From assembly GCA_000004985.1 (NCBI GenBank), contig GG739092.1: 8,084 bases of DNA; one strand, 5' to 3'. The notes under the pieces were generated by a model. The model was not told the DNA's origin. It did no database searches and worked only from the letters and a program-made list of their open reading frames with translations. The stretch comes from Naegleria gruberi. Its lineage: Eukaryota. Positions 1 through 7,343 of the stretch are shown in pieces. The position numbers were made by a program, and so were the translations under genes. The stretch's first letter is position 1, and each line of letters opens with the position of its first letter.

Positions 1-2
1 TC

Positions 3-1256
3 TCATCATCGTCTTCANTAGAACCAAAAAGATCAAGCCTAAGAACACCTGAGAATGGTGATATTACCATTGATATGATTCAACAAAATATTAAATTACA
101 AAAACAATTAATTGAACAATCTATGAAAGAAAAGGAAAGGAAAAGGAAAGAAAAAGCAAAAGAACAATTAATTCAATCAAATTTAGATTATTGGCATAAT
201 ACAATACTACCACATATTGAAAAATATGGTTGCATTGATAAAACCATGTATAAGAAGTGGTATAAGAATGGTATTCCAAGTCCTTTGAGAAGTAAAATGT
301 GGGTGGCTTCTCTAGGAAATGAGTTACAAATTACTCCTGGTCTATATGAAATTCTGAAAGATAAGACAAATCAACCTTCAACTATGGAAAGACAATGTTC
401 AAGTATTGATCTAATTTCTGTGGATTTATCAAGAACTTTCCCTGCTCTCCAATTTTTCCAATATCCTGATGGTCCATACTATCAACCATTTAAAACAATT
501 TTGGAATGTTATTCAAAGTTTAGACCAGATATTGGCTACGTACAAGGAATGAGTTATATGGTAGCAACATTATTACTTTATATGGATGAATATGATGCAT
601 TTGTTTGTTTTTGTAACTTGTTACATAGATCAAAATGTAATTCTAACCCTCTAGCTATGAGTTTAGTTGGAACACCAGCAGGATCTGCTTCATCTTCTGC
701 CACTACATCTTCTGCTTCTGCTGCATCAGTGGTGTCTTCAATTTTGTTTGGACCAAAGAAGAGAACTGCAGAATTCACTTCCAATTATCATACACTCTAT
801 ACCAGCAATCATTTCATTCCATTTTTTACTATGAACACTGATTATATTGATAAGAATGTGAAATTTGTACGAATACTATTAAGAGAACATCACGCACAAC
901 TTTACAAGCACTTGGTTGTGGATTTGGGAGTTGAATTCGCAGTAATTATAATAGACTGGTTCCTTACATTGTTTAGTAAATCTCTTCCACTTGATGTGGT
1001 TGCAAGAATTTGGGATGGTTATCTAGTTCATGGTAGACTTTACATGTATTCTTGCACAATGGGAATATTGATCTATTACCAAAAGGAATTACTTTCTGCT
1101 GACTATGAACGAGTTATGTATTTCTTAACTCATTTATCTACAGCCACCAATCAATTCGAAACATTGGATGTGGAAGAAATGTTTTCAATTATAAATACAG
1201 ATTGTAGATTAAGTGAGAGACGTATCAATAAGTATATTAGAATGATGGAAAAATAA
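3..1256 (+). CDS. TBC-domain Rab GTPase-activating protein (RabGAP), 5'-partial. The frame is open from the window edge, the first in-window ATG is at 75, and the stop is TAA at 1254-1256.
   Basis: The translation contains the three TBC signature motifs. Motif A, GIPSPLRSKMWVASLG (GIPxxLRxxVWxxLLG type), lies at nt 270-317. The arginine-finger motif VDLSRTFP (IxxDxxRTFP) lies at about nt 421-444. The glutamine-finger motif YVQGMSYMVATLLL (YxQGMxxxxAxLL) lies at about nt 536-577. C-terminal TBC helices follow (DWFLTLFSKSLPLDVVARIWDGYL). Frame 3 has no stop from nt 3 to nt 75, and the ATG at 75 has a weak context (ttgatATG), so the gene probably starts upstream of the window. A Lys/Glu-rich stretch KEKERKRKEKAKE is encoded by a 32-nt polypurine tract. 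Confidence 0.85.
   Translation, partial: SSSSSXEPKRSSLRTPENGDITIDMIQQNIKLQKQLIEQSMKEKERKRKEKAKEQLIQSNLDYWHNTILPHIEKYGCIDKTMYKKWYKNGIPSPLRSKMWVASLGNELQITPGLYEILKDKTNQPSTMERQCSSIDLISVDLSRTFPALQFFQYPDGPYYQPFKTILECYSKFRPDIGYVQGMSYMVATLLLYMDEYDAFVCFCNLLHRSKCNSNPLAMSLVGTPAGSASSSATTSSASAASVVSSILFGPKKRTAEFTSNYHTLYTSNHFIPFFTMNTDYIDKNVKFVRILLREHHAQLYKHLVVDLGVEFAVIIIDWFLTLFSKSLPLDVVARIWDGYLVHGRLYMYSCTMGILIYYQKELLSADYERVMYFLTHLSTATNQFETLDVEEMFSIINTDCRLSERRINKYIRMMEK
125..156 (+). repeat. 32-nt pure polypurine (GA) tract containing the tandem 10-mer aaaaggaaag x2 (131-150). It lies within the TBC gene and encodes KEKERKRKEK.
   Basis: Direct reading: gaaagaaaaggaaaggaaaaggaaagaaaaag contains no pyrimidine. 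Confidence 0.6.
662..745 (+). repeat. Low-complexity Ser/Ala/Thr-rich coding insert (GTPAGSASSSATTSSASAASVVSS) inside the TBC domain.
   Basis: A run of tct/gct/tca/act codons in frame. It sits between the Gln-finger motif and the C-terminal TBC helices. Confidence 0.5.
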
Positions 1257-1257
1257 A
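1252..1257 (+). promoter_or_regulatory. AATAAA polyadenylation-signal-like hexamer overlapping the TAA stop of the TBC gene.
   Basis: gaaaaATAAAcag, with the stop codon at 1254-1256 embedded in aataaa. Confidence 0.3.
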
Positions 1258-1259
1258 CA

Positions 1260-1278
1260 GTTCCATCATTTCTGGAAC
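1260..1278. other. Short hairpin-forming inverted repeat (6-bp stem gttcca / tggaac, 7-nt loop) in the 123-bp convergent 3' intergenic region.
   Basis: gttcca-tcatttc-tggaac read directly, located 4 nt after the TBC stop codon. Its functional significance is unknown. Confidence 0.2.
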
Positions 1279-1379
1279 AATTTTGTGAAAATTTAATTAT
1301 TTCTTTCACTCCGATCAACCAACAGTTGTGAGATTCACCTTTCAATCAATGATTTATTTTTCCATGATGATGAAATAAT

Positions 1380-1868
1380 TTAAAACATGAAAGTAGCAAC
1401 AATGGCAGCAAGAGCAAACAAGACCCAATTGACCTTTCCACTCAATGGAGCACTATTCCAACAATTAGTTTCAGGATAGGATGAACAATCTTTGAAATTA
1501 GTAGAAGATGTTCCACAAGCATCCTTAACCTTTTGACAATATGAACGACAAACAGTAATTGAACCAGAAGAGCTGGAGTATTTAGCATTATTTACATCAC
1601 AAACAGCACATGAATACATTTTCATATACATGACACATGACTCTGAAGCTTTGAGAAGTGTGAGAGCACTAACAACGATAGAAGCTGCTGTATCTTGAAT
1701 TACACTACAACAGGATTTAGTTACACCTGTACAAGTGGTGCATGAGGAACATGGACTTGGATCAAAGGCAACAATTGCATTCTTGCAGGTTTGAGCTGTG
1801 ACAGATGTGGTAGAGACACAGAGAATGAGAGAAATGAGGAGAATTACAAGAATTGATTTGTTTAACAT
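1380..1868 (-). CDS. Small secreted Cys-rich protein (162 aa) with an N-terminal signal peptide and a C-terminal GPI-anchor signal. The architecture is ponticulin-like.
   Basis: On the minus strand the ATG at 1866-1868 has the context aatcccaaaaaaATGtta. The product starts MLNKSILVILLISLILCVSTTSVTAQ, a hydrophobic signal peptide. The mature region of about 120 aa has 14 Cys and is Ser/Thr-rich (CSSCTTCTGVTKSCC...). It ends in a small-residue omega region NSAPLSGK followed by a 17-aa hydrophobic tail VNWVLFALAAIVATFMF, then TAA. This is typical of GPI-anchored surface proteins. The family assignment to ponticulin-like is by architecture only. The ORF-track version (1380..2021) has 51 extra N-terminal codons that precede the signal peptide and run into the N gap, and I consider those to be 5' UTR. 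Confidence 0.6.
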   Translation of the reverse strand: MLNKSILVILLISLILCVSTTSVTAQTCKNAIVAFDPSPCSSCTTCTGVTKSCCSVIQDTAASIVVSALTLLKASESCVMYMKMYSCAVCDVNNAKYSSSSGSITVCRSYCQKVKDACGTSSTNFKDCSSYPETNCWNSAPLSGKVNWVLFALAAIVATFMF

Positions 1869-2022
1869 TTTTTTGGGATTTGTTTTTATCGGTTGAGATG
1901 GCTCCATCGATGAATATTGGCACATGACATGTTTGGGTAACATGAAGGGTTGAAAGGTAAAATGCTCATTGTAAAATGTGAAGATCTTCTGAAAAGATGC
2001 GTAACGTTTGATGGACAACATA

Positions 2023-5000
2023 NNNNNNNNNNNNNNNNNNNNNNNNNNNNNNNNNNNNNNNNNNNNNNNNNNNNNNNNNNNNNNNNNNNNNNNNNNNNNN
2101 NNNNNNNNNNNNNNNNNNNNNNNNNNNNNNNNNNNNNNNNNNNNNNNNNNNNNNNNNNNNNNNNNNNNNNNNNNNNNNNNNNNNNNNNNNNNNNNNNNNN
2201 NNNNNNNNNNNNNNNNNNNNNNNNNNNNNNNNNNNNNNNNNNNNNNNNNNNNNNNNNNNNNNNNNNNNNNNNNNNNNNNNNNNNNNNNNNNNNNNNNNNN
2301 NNNNNNNNNNNNNNNNNNNNNNNNNNNNNNNNNNNNNNNNNNNNNNNNNNNNNNNNNNNNNNNNNNNNNNNNNNNNNNNNNNNNNNNNNNNNNNNNNNNN
2401 NNNNNNNNNNNNNNNNNNNNNNNNNNNNNNNNNNNNNNNNNNNNNNNNNNNNNNNNNNNNNNNNNNNNNNNNNNNNNNNNNNNNNNNNNNNNNNNNNNNN
2501 NNNNNNNNNNNNNNNNNNNNNNNNNNNNNNNNNNNNNNNNNNNNNNNNNNNNNNNNNNNNNNNNNNNNNNNNNNNNNNNNNNNNNNNNNNNNNNNNNNNN
2601 NNNNNNNNNNNNNNNNNNNNNNNNNNNNNNNNNNNNNNNNNNNNNNNNNNNNNNNNNNNNNNNNNNNNNNNNNNNNNNNNNNNNNNNNNNNNNNNNNNNN
2701 NNNNNNNNNNNNNNNNNNNNNNNNNNNNNNNNNNNNNNNNNNNNNNNNNNNNNNNNNNNNNNNNNNNNNNNNNNNNNNNNNNNNNNNNNNNNNNNNNNNN
2801 NNNNNNNNNNNNNNNNNNNNNNNNNNNNNNNNNNNNNNNNNNNNNNNNNNNNNNNNNNNNNNNNNNNNNNNNNNNNNNNNNNNNNNNNNNNNNNNNNNNN
2901 NNNNNNNNNNNNNNNNNNNNNNNNNNNNNNNNNNNNNNNNNNNNNNNNNNNNNNNNNNNNNNNNNNNNNNNNNNNNNNNNNNNNNNNNNNNNNNNNNNNN
3001 NNNNNNNNNNNNNNNNNNNNNNNNNNNNNNNNNNNNNNNNNNNNNNNNNNNNNNNNNNNNNNNNNNNNNNNNNNNNNNNNNNNNNNNNNNNNNNNNNNNN
3101 NNNNNNNNNNNNNNNNNNNNNNNNNNNNNNNNNNNNNNNNNNNNNNNNNNNNNNNNNNNNNNNNNNNNNNNNNNNNNNNNNNNNNNNNNNNNNNNNNNNN
3201 NNNNNNNNNNNNNNNNNNNNNNNNNNNNNNNNNNNNNNNNNNNNNNNNNNNNNNNNNNNNNNNNNNNNNNNNNNNNNNNNNNNNNNNNNNNNNNNNNNNN
3301 NNNNNNNNNNNNNNNNNNNNNNNNNNNNNNNNNNNNNNNNNNNNNNNNNNNNNNNNNNNNNNNNNNNNNNNNNNNNNNNNNNNNNNNNNNNNNNNNNNNN
3401 NNNNNNNNNNNNNNNNNNNNNNNNNNNNNNNNNNNNNNNNNNNNNNNNNNNNNNNNNNNNNNNNNNNNNNNNNNNNNNNNNNNNNNNNNNNNNNNNNNNN
3501 NNNNNNNNNNNNNNNNNNNNNNNNNNNNNNNNNNNNNNNNNNNNNNNNNNNNNNNNNNNNNNNNNNNNNNNNNNNNNNNNNNNNNNNNNNNNNNNNNNNN
3601 NNNNNNNNNNNNNNNNNNNNNNNNNNNNNNNNNNNNNNNNNNNNNNNNNNNNNNNNNNNNNNNNNNNNNNNNNNNNNNNNNNNNNNNNNNNNNNNNNNNN
3701 NNNNNNNNNNNNNNNNNNNNNNNNNNNNNNNNNNNNNNNNNNNNNNNNNNNNNNNNNNNNNNNNNNNNNNNNNNNNNNNNNNNNNNNNNNNNNNNNNNNN
3801 NNNNNNNNNNNNNNNNNNNNNNNNNNNNNNNNNNNNNNNNNNNNNNNNNNNNNNNNNNNNNNNNNNNNNNNNNNNNNNNNNNNNNNNNNNNNNNNNNNNN
3901 NNNNNNNNNNNNNNNNNNNNNNNNNNNNNNNNNNNNNNNNNNNNNNNNNNNNNNNNNNNNNNNNNNNNNNNNNNNNNNNNNNNNNNNNNNNNNNNNNNNN
4001 NNNNNNNNNNNNNNNNNNNNNNNNNNNNNNNNNNNNNNNNNNNNNNNNNNNNNNNNNNNNNNNNNNNNNNNNNNNNNNNNNNNNNNNNNNNNNNNNNNNN
4101 NNNNNNNNNNNNNNNNNNNNNNNNNNNNNNNNNNNNNNNNNNNNNNNNNNNNNNNNNNNNNNNNNNNNNNNNNNNNNNNNNNNNNNNNNNNNNNNNNNNN
4201 NNNNNNNNNNNNNNNNNNNNNNNNNNNNNNNNNNNNNNNNNNNNNNNNNNNNNNNNNNNNNNNNNNNNNNNNNNNNNNNNNNNNNNNNNNNNNNNNNNNN
4301 NNNNNNNNNNNNNNNNNNNNNNNNNNNNNNNNNNNNNNNNNNNNNNNNNNNNNNNNNNNNNNNNNNNNNNNNNNNNNNNNNNNNNNNNNNNNNNNNNNNN
4401 NNNNNNNNNNNNNNNNNNNNNNNNNNNNNNNNNNNNNNNNNNNNNNNNNNNNNNNNNNNNNNNNNNNNNNNNNNNNNNNNNNNNNNNNNNNNNNNNNNNN
4501 NNNNNNNNNNNNNNNNNNNNNNNNNNNNNNNNNNNNNNNNNNNNNNNNNNNNNNNNNNNNNNNNNNNNNNNNNNNNNNNNNNNNNNNNNNNNNNNNNNNN
4601 NNNNNNNNNNNNNNNNNNNNNNNNNNNNNNNNNNNNNNNNNNNNNNNNNNNNNNNNNNNNNNNNNNNNNNNNNNNNNNNNNNNNNNNNNNNNNNNNNNNN
4701 NNNNNNNNNNNNNNNNNNNNNNNNNNNNNNNNNNNNNNNNNNNNNNNNNNNNNNNNNNNNNNNNNNNNNNNNNNNNNNNNNNNNNNNNNNNNNNNNNNNN
4801 NNNNNNNNNNNNNNNNNNNNNNNNNNNNNNNNNNNNNNNNNNNNNNNNNNNNNNNNNNNNNNNNNNNNNNNNNNNNNNNNNNNNNNNNNNNNNNNNNNNN
4901 NNNNNNNNNNNNNNNNNNNNNNNNNNNNNNNNNNNNNNNNNNNNNNNNNNNNNNNNNNNNNNNNNNNNNNNNNNNNNNNNNNNNNNNNNNNNNNNNNNNN

Positions 5001-5102
5001 NNNNNNNNNNNNNNNNNNNNNNNNNNNNNNNNNNNNNNNNNNNNNNNNNNNNNNNNNNNNNNNNNNNNNNNNNNNNNNNNNNNNNNNNNNNNNNNNNNNN
5101 NN
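2023..5102. other. Assembly or scaffold gap (3,080 N).
   Basis: An uninterrupted run of n. All ORF-track entries spanning it (1886..5551-, 1950..5180+, 1966..5112-, 2008..5211+) are artefacts of translating N as X. Confidence 0.99.
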
Positions 5103-5551
5103 ACCTGTCCATTATATGCCTCCTTTTTCAATTTCTTGGCACAATCAAACACTTCCTTCAATACATTCTCTTCAACATAATAAAGAAATGGAACAAAAGC
5201 CTCTGATCTAATTCTTGTCATTGTCTCACGTGAAACTATAAAGTAATGATAAATCATCAGCATGGTCTTGATACAAATTACATCTTCGTCATCATGATCC
5301 CGCTCATCAAATACAAATAATTTAGAACCAGTATAATATGATAAATCATCATCAAAATCAAAATGACTTGACAATATTTTGTTAGTTTCTTTATGACGGT
5401 CTTTCCAGAAAATGGAAACTAGTGAATAATTAGTTCGGACAATCATCTTTACTTCATCAAAATTTCTACGTAAATCATTCAAAGAGTCAAGTTTTCTACA
5501 TTCCGACATGTAGTCCTCTTGAATGAACGGAAAAATTCCATCTTTAATCAT
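5103..5551 (-). CDS. 5' end (149 codons) of a minus-strand gene of unknown function that continues into the scaffold gap.
   Basis: The minus-strand ATG at 5549-5551 has a strong A-rich context (ttaaaaaaaATGatt). The open frame MIKDGIFPFIQEDYMSECRKLDSLNDLRRNFDEVKMIV...FVPFLYYVEENVLKEVFDCAKKLKKEAYNGQ reaches the first N at 5102 without a stop. Its codon usage matches the neighbouring genes. I recognise no domain. Confidence 0.55.
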
Positions 5552-5615
5552 TTTTTTTAATTATGACAAAAACTTGATCAAAACTTTCCCAATGCTTTTT
5601 AAATGAATTAAAAAA
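5552..5615. promoter_or_regulatory. 64-bp divergent, putatively bidirectional, promoter or 5' UTR region between head-to-head genes.
   Basis: It lies between the minus-strand ATG (5551) and the plus-strand ATG (5616). It is AT-rich with T and A runs (tttttttaattatgacaaaaacttgatcaaaactttcccaatgctttttaaatgaattaaaaaa) and includes a TATA-like tttttaaat at 5596-5604. Confidence 0.35.
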
Positions 5616-6002
5616 ATGGCGCAAATTACTGCCGATGAGCTACTGGAGGAAATCATGCATTTCATGAAGCAGCAGTTGGAGAAGGCTGTTACAAATTCTG
5701 ATGTTTCGATCCTTAACAAAATCTTACCAAGTGATCTGTGTGCTTATCTGGTGCCCGATAAAAGCAAAAAAAATAAGAAAGAAAAACTAGCTGATATTTG
5801 CCTGCAACTAGGAATCAAAGAAGATGGAGATGGTGCATATGAATATTATGAAGAAGATGAAGATGGAGATGGTGCATATGAAGATAGTAATGATACTGAT
5901 CCTTCTTCACTCGTATACGTTGACGCAACATATTCTCAGCAACAGATTAGCAAACTTTCAAAAATTATTTCAGATATTATGAAAATCATAAGATGGACCT
6001 AA
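5616..6002 (+). CDS. Acidic protein (128 aa) with a duplicated EDGDGAYE motif. Function unknown.
   Basis: ATG at 5616 in the context ttaaaaaaATGgcg, with TAA at 6000-6002. The C-terminal half is Glu/Asp-rich (KEDGDGAYEYYEEDEDGDGAYEDSNDTD). It contains a perfect 24-nt direct repeat. Confidence 0.5.
   Translation: MAQITADELLEEIMHFMKQQLEKAVTNSDVSILNKILPSDLCAYLVPDKSKKNKKEKLADICLQLGIKEDGDGAYEYYEEDEDGDGAYEDSNDTDPSSLVYVDATYSQQQISKLSKIISDIMKIIRWT
5820..5882 (+). repeat. Perfect 24-nt direct repeat gaagatggagatggtgcatatgaa at 5820-5843 and 5859-5882 (39-nt period). It encodes EDGDGAYE twice.
   Basis: Direct reading of the sequence. Both copies are in frame within the 5616..6002 CDS. Confidence 0.8.
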
Positions 6003-6333
6003 ATTTTAGTGAGGAAGCTAATTCGTTTGATACTGTGGTAAGATATCTTTGTTATTCATTAATAGATTTAGACTTTCGTCCATGGCGATTCGTTAACCAA
6101 ATGACAACAAACTTTTCCGAACCATCCACTCCCACTACTACTCAAATAGATACTACATCTATTCCACCAATCACTATTCAAGGTCCAAGACTAAAATTTT
6201 CAACTTCCTCTCTACTGGATCAATATGAGTATTTCCTATTTGAAGATTCTGTTGAACTTACTCATCAAGTTCCAATGATGGATGCTGTTTTGAGATTTGT
6301 TTTGCAAGACAAAGAACTTTTCCAGTTCAGGAC
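5993..6333 (+). CDS. Hypothetical ORF or exon in frame 2. It begins at an ATG that overlaps the end of the preceding gene and ends at a GTAAGT splice donor.
   Basis: ATG at 5993 in the context cataagATGg. The translation MDLNFSEEANSFDTVVRYLCYSLIDLDFRPWRF...PTTTQIDTTSIPPITIQGPR...LQDKELFQFRT is terminated by the TAA inside gac|GTAAGTaat at 6334-6339. This frame is open from 5951, so it overlaps the previous gene's last 10 nt. It may be a frameshifted continuation rather than an independent gene. Confidence 0.35.
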
Positions 6334-6404
6334 GTAAGTAATTTTGATTTTGTAATGCGAAACTAGTAGTTTTGAGAAAATAAGGTTGACAAACATTTCT
6401 CAAG
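6334..6404 (+). other. Candidate 71-nt spliceosomal intron (GTAAGT...ttctcAAG) joining ORF 5993..6333 to the frame-1 ORF ending at 6747 in phase.
   Basis: A canonical GTAAGT sits exactly at the ORF end. Of the downstream AGs, only 6403-6404 (and 6433-6434, giving 101 nt) restore an open frame. The split codon would be ac|a. The interior is AT-rich. The attractive acceptor tttttgtgTAG at 6455-6457 is out of phase and leads straight into a TGA. Confidence 0.3.
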
Positions 6405-6747
6405 AATTCTAGAGATATTCTGTTCCAAGAAAAGGGTTTTTGGTGATTTTTGTGTAGTATTGAACAAGCACATTCACAATCATAAAATCCAGCCATATCT
6501 ACTATTTGTTGAATGCCAGAGAGAAGGTTGTCAAAATGTTTTCTTTCACAAAGATTTCATCAAACTGAGCATAATTTTGAGAGTGAGTTTACAACATACT
6601 CTCAACAACGCGTTTTCAGCTACTGCACATTATTATGTTGACTATGTTGACTATGTTTATGGATTACTTGTTGCTAAAGAGTACTGCTTCTTACTAGAAA
6701 TGATGTCTGGGGTGATATCAAAGATTTATCAAATTTATTCATTATGA
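6405..6747 (+). CDS. Hypothetical frame-1 ORF or exon segment (the frame is open from 6376). The ORF-track start at 6460 is a TTG, not an ATG.
   Basis: Frame 1 is open from 6376 to the TGA at 6745-6747. The translation ...NKHIHNHKIQPYLLFVECQREGCQNVFFHKDF...YYVDYVDYVYGLLVAKEYCFLLEMMSGVISKIYQIYSL has no recognisable domain. There is no ATG at its 5' end. Confidence 0.25.
6634..6657 (+). repeat. Tandem 9-mer tatgttgac x about 2.7, encoding YVDYVDYVY.
   Basis: Direct reading: tatgttgac tatgttgac tatgtt. Confidence 0.6.
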
Positions 6748-7343
6748 CAGAAGAAGGTCTGATAAATAATTCACAAGAAAACCACCAAACCGTTCACGTG
6801 GTTTCCAAATCAACCTCTTGCACATTGATGATTTGCAGAAGTTATTCACAACAGACAATCAAAAGAAAAGCAGAAATACAAGAACTTTCCTTTCAAACCA
6901 AAAAGAAAAGAGCCAAATCTGCAAATACAAAAGAAAACACCAACAAACAGATTATGATTCAAAATCCAATGATAGGCAGTCAATGTTCAATTAATGACGA
7001 ATCAATTAGCGAATTGTTTGGTGCCATTTCGGCAAGAAAAGGATTAGTTGATTTTTTGAATGGGCTTGGTTTGGTTTGCAAGATTGAAAGTCCAGTTAGA
7101 AGAGAAGCATCAGTGGGCAAAGGAGCTTCACTTTTACTCAATGCTATGCATAATGGCTTGCCAGTTTTTGTAAAGGTTAATTGTTACAAAACGAACGAGG
7201 TTTACACTACTTACTTCCAAAATAGAAAATTAATGGAATATTTGAAATTGCAAAACACGTCGCACCACCTTAATAAGATTGTATTTCCACTCCTCAGAAT
7301 ACTCAAAGGAAGATATACGATCTATATTCAAGTTTGCTACTGA
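6744..7343 (+). CDS. Protein-kinase-like N-lobe fragment in frame 3 (Gly-rich loop, beta3 Lys, alphaC and beta4 region).
   Basis: ATG at 6744 overlaps the upstream TGA (ATGA). The translation contains SVGKGASLLLNAMHNGLPVFVKV, which matches GxGxxG...VAVK. The Lys codon aag is at 7173-7175. This is followed by ...KLMEYLKLQNTSHHLNKIVFPLL, matching the alphaC Glu and an HPNIV-like beta4. The frame is terminated by TGA at 7341-7343 before beta5. Confidence 0.45.
   Translation: MTEEGLINNSQENHQTVHVVSKSTSCTLMICRSYSQQTIKRKAEIQELSFQTKKKRAKSANTKENTNKQIMIQNPMIGSQCSINDESISELFGAISARKGLVDFLNGLGLVCKIESPVRREASVGKGASLLLNAMHNGLPVFVKVNCYKTNEVYTTYFQNRKLMEYLKLQNTSHHLNKIVFPLLRILKGRYTIYIQVCY

Noticed and set aside
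75-77. ATG at 75 as the true start of the TBC gene.
   Set aside because: Frame 3 is open from nt 3 with Ser-rich coding-like sequence, and the ATG context (ttgatATG) is poor compared with the other genes. The gene probably starts upstream of the window, but this cannot be proven from the window.
578-784. A minus-strand 68-aa ORF antisense to the TBC gene. Similarly for 1151..1345 (-), 6236..6496 (-) and 7230..7430 (-).
   Set aside because: These are short antisense ORFs fully nested in better-supported sense coding regions, with no start context or domain signal. Such ORFs are expected by chance in AT-rich DNA.
1869-2021. The 51-codon N-terminal extension of the minus-strand Cys-rich protein ORF (start at 2021).
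   Set aside because: A textbook signal peptide begins at the internal Met (1866-1868), which has an aaaaaaATG context. A signal peptide buried 51 residues in would not function. The upstream open frame runs into the gap and is most likely 5' UTR.
1886-5551. The long ORFs on both strands spanning 2023..5102 (1221, 1076, 1048 and 1067 aa) in the ORF track.
   Set aside because: They are produced by translating the N gap as X. Only the non-N flanks are real sequence. The minus-strand flank 5103..5551 is kept as a partial CDS and the rest are artefacts.
6583-6619. A GTGAGT...TTTTCAG pair resembling a nematode-style 37-nt intron.
   Set aside because: It lies inside a continuously open frame-1 ORF. 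A 37-nt removal (length = 1 mod 3) would break that frame, and 37 nt is below typical minimum intron length. It is most likely coincidental.
6744-6747. The ATGA stop/start overlap, suggestive of prokaryotic translational coupling or an operon.
   Set aside because: All other signals (TBC RabGAP, kinase fold, GPI-anchored secreted protein, GTAAGT donor, AATAAA) are eukaryotic. The overlap is better explained by a frameshift within one eukaryotic gene.
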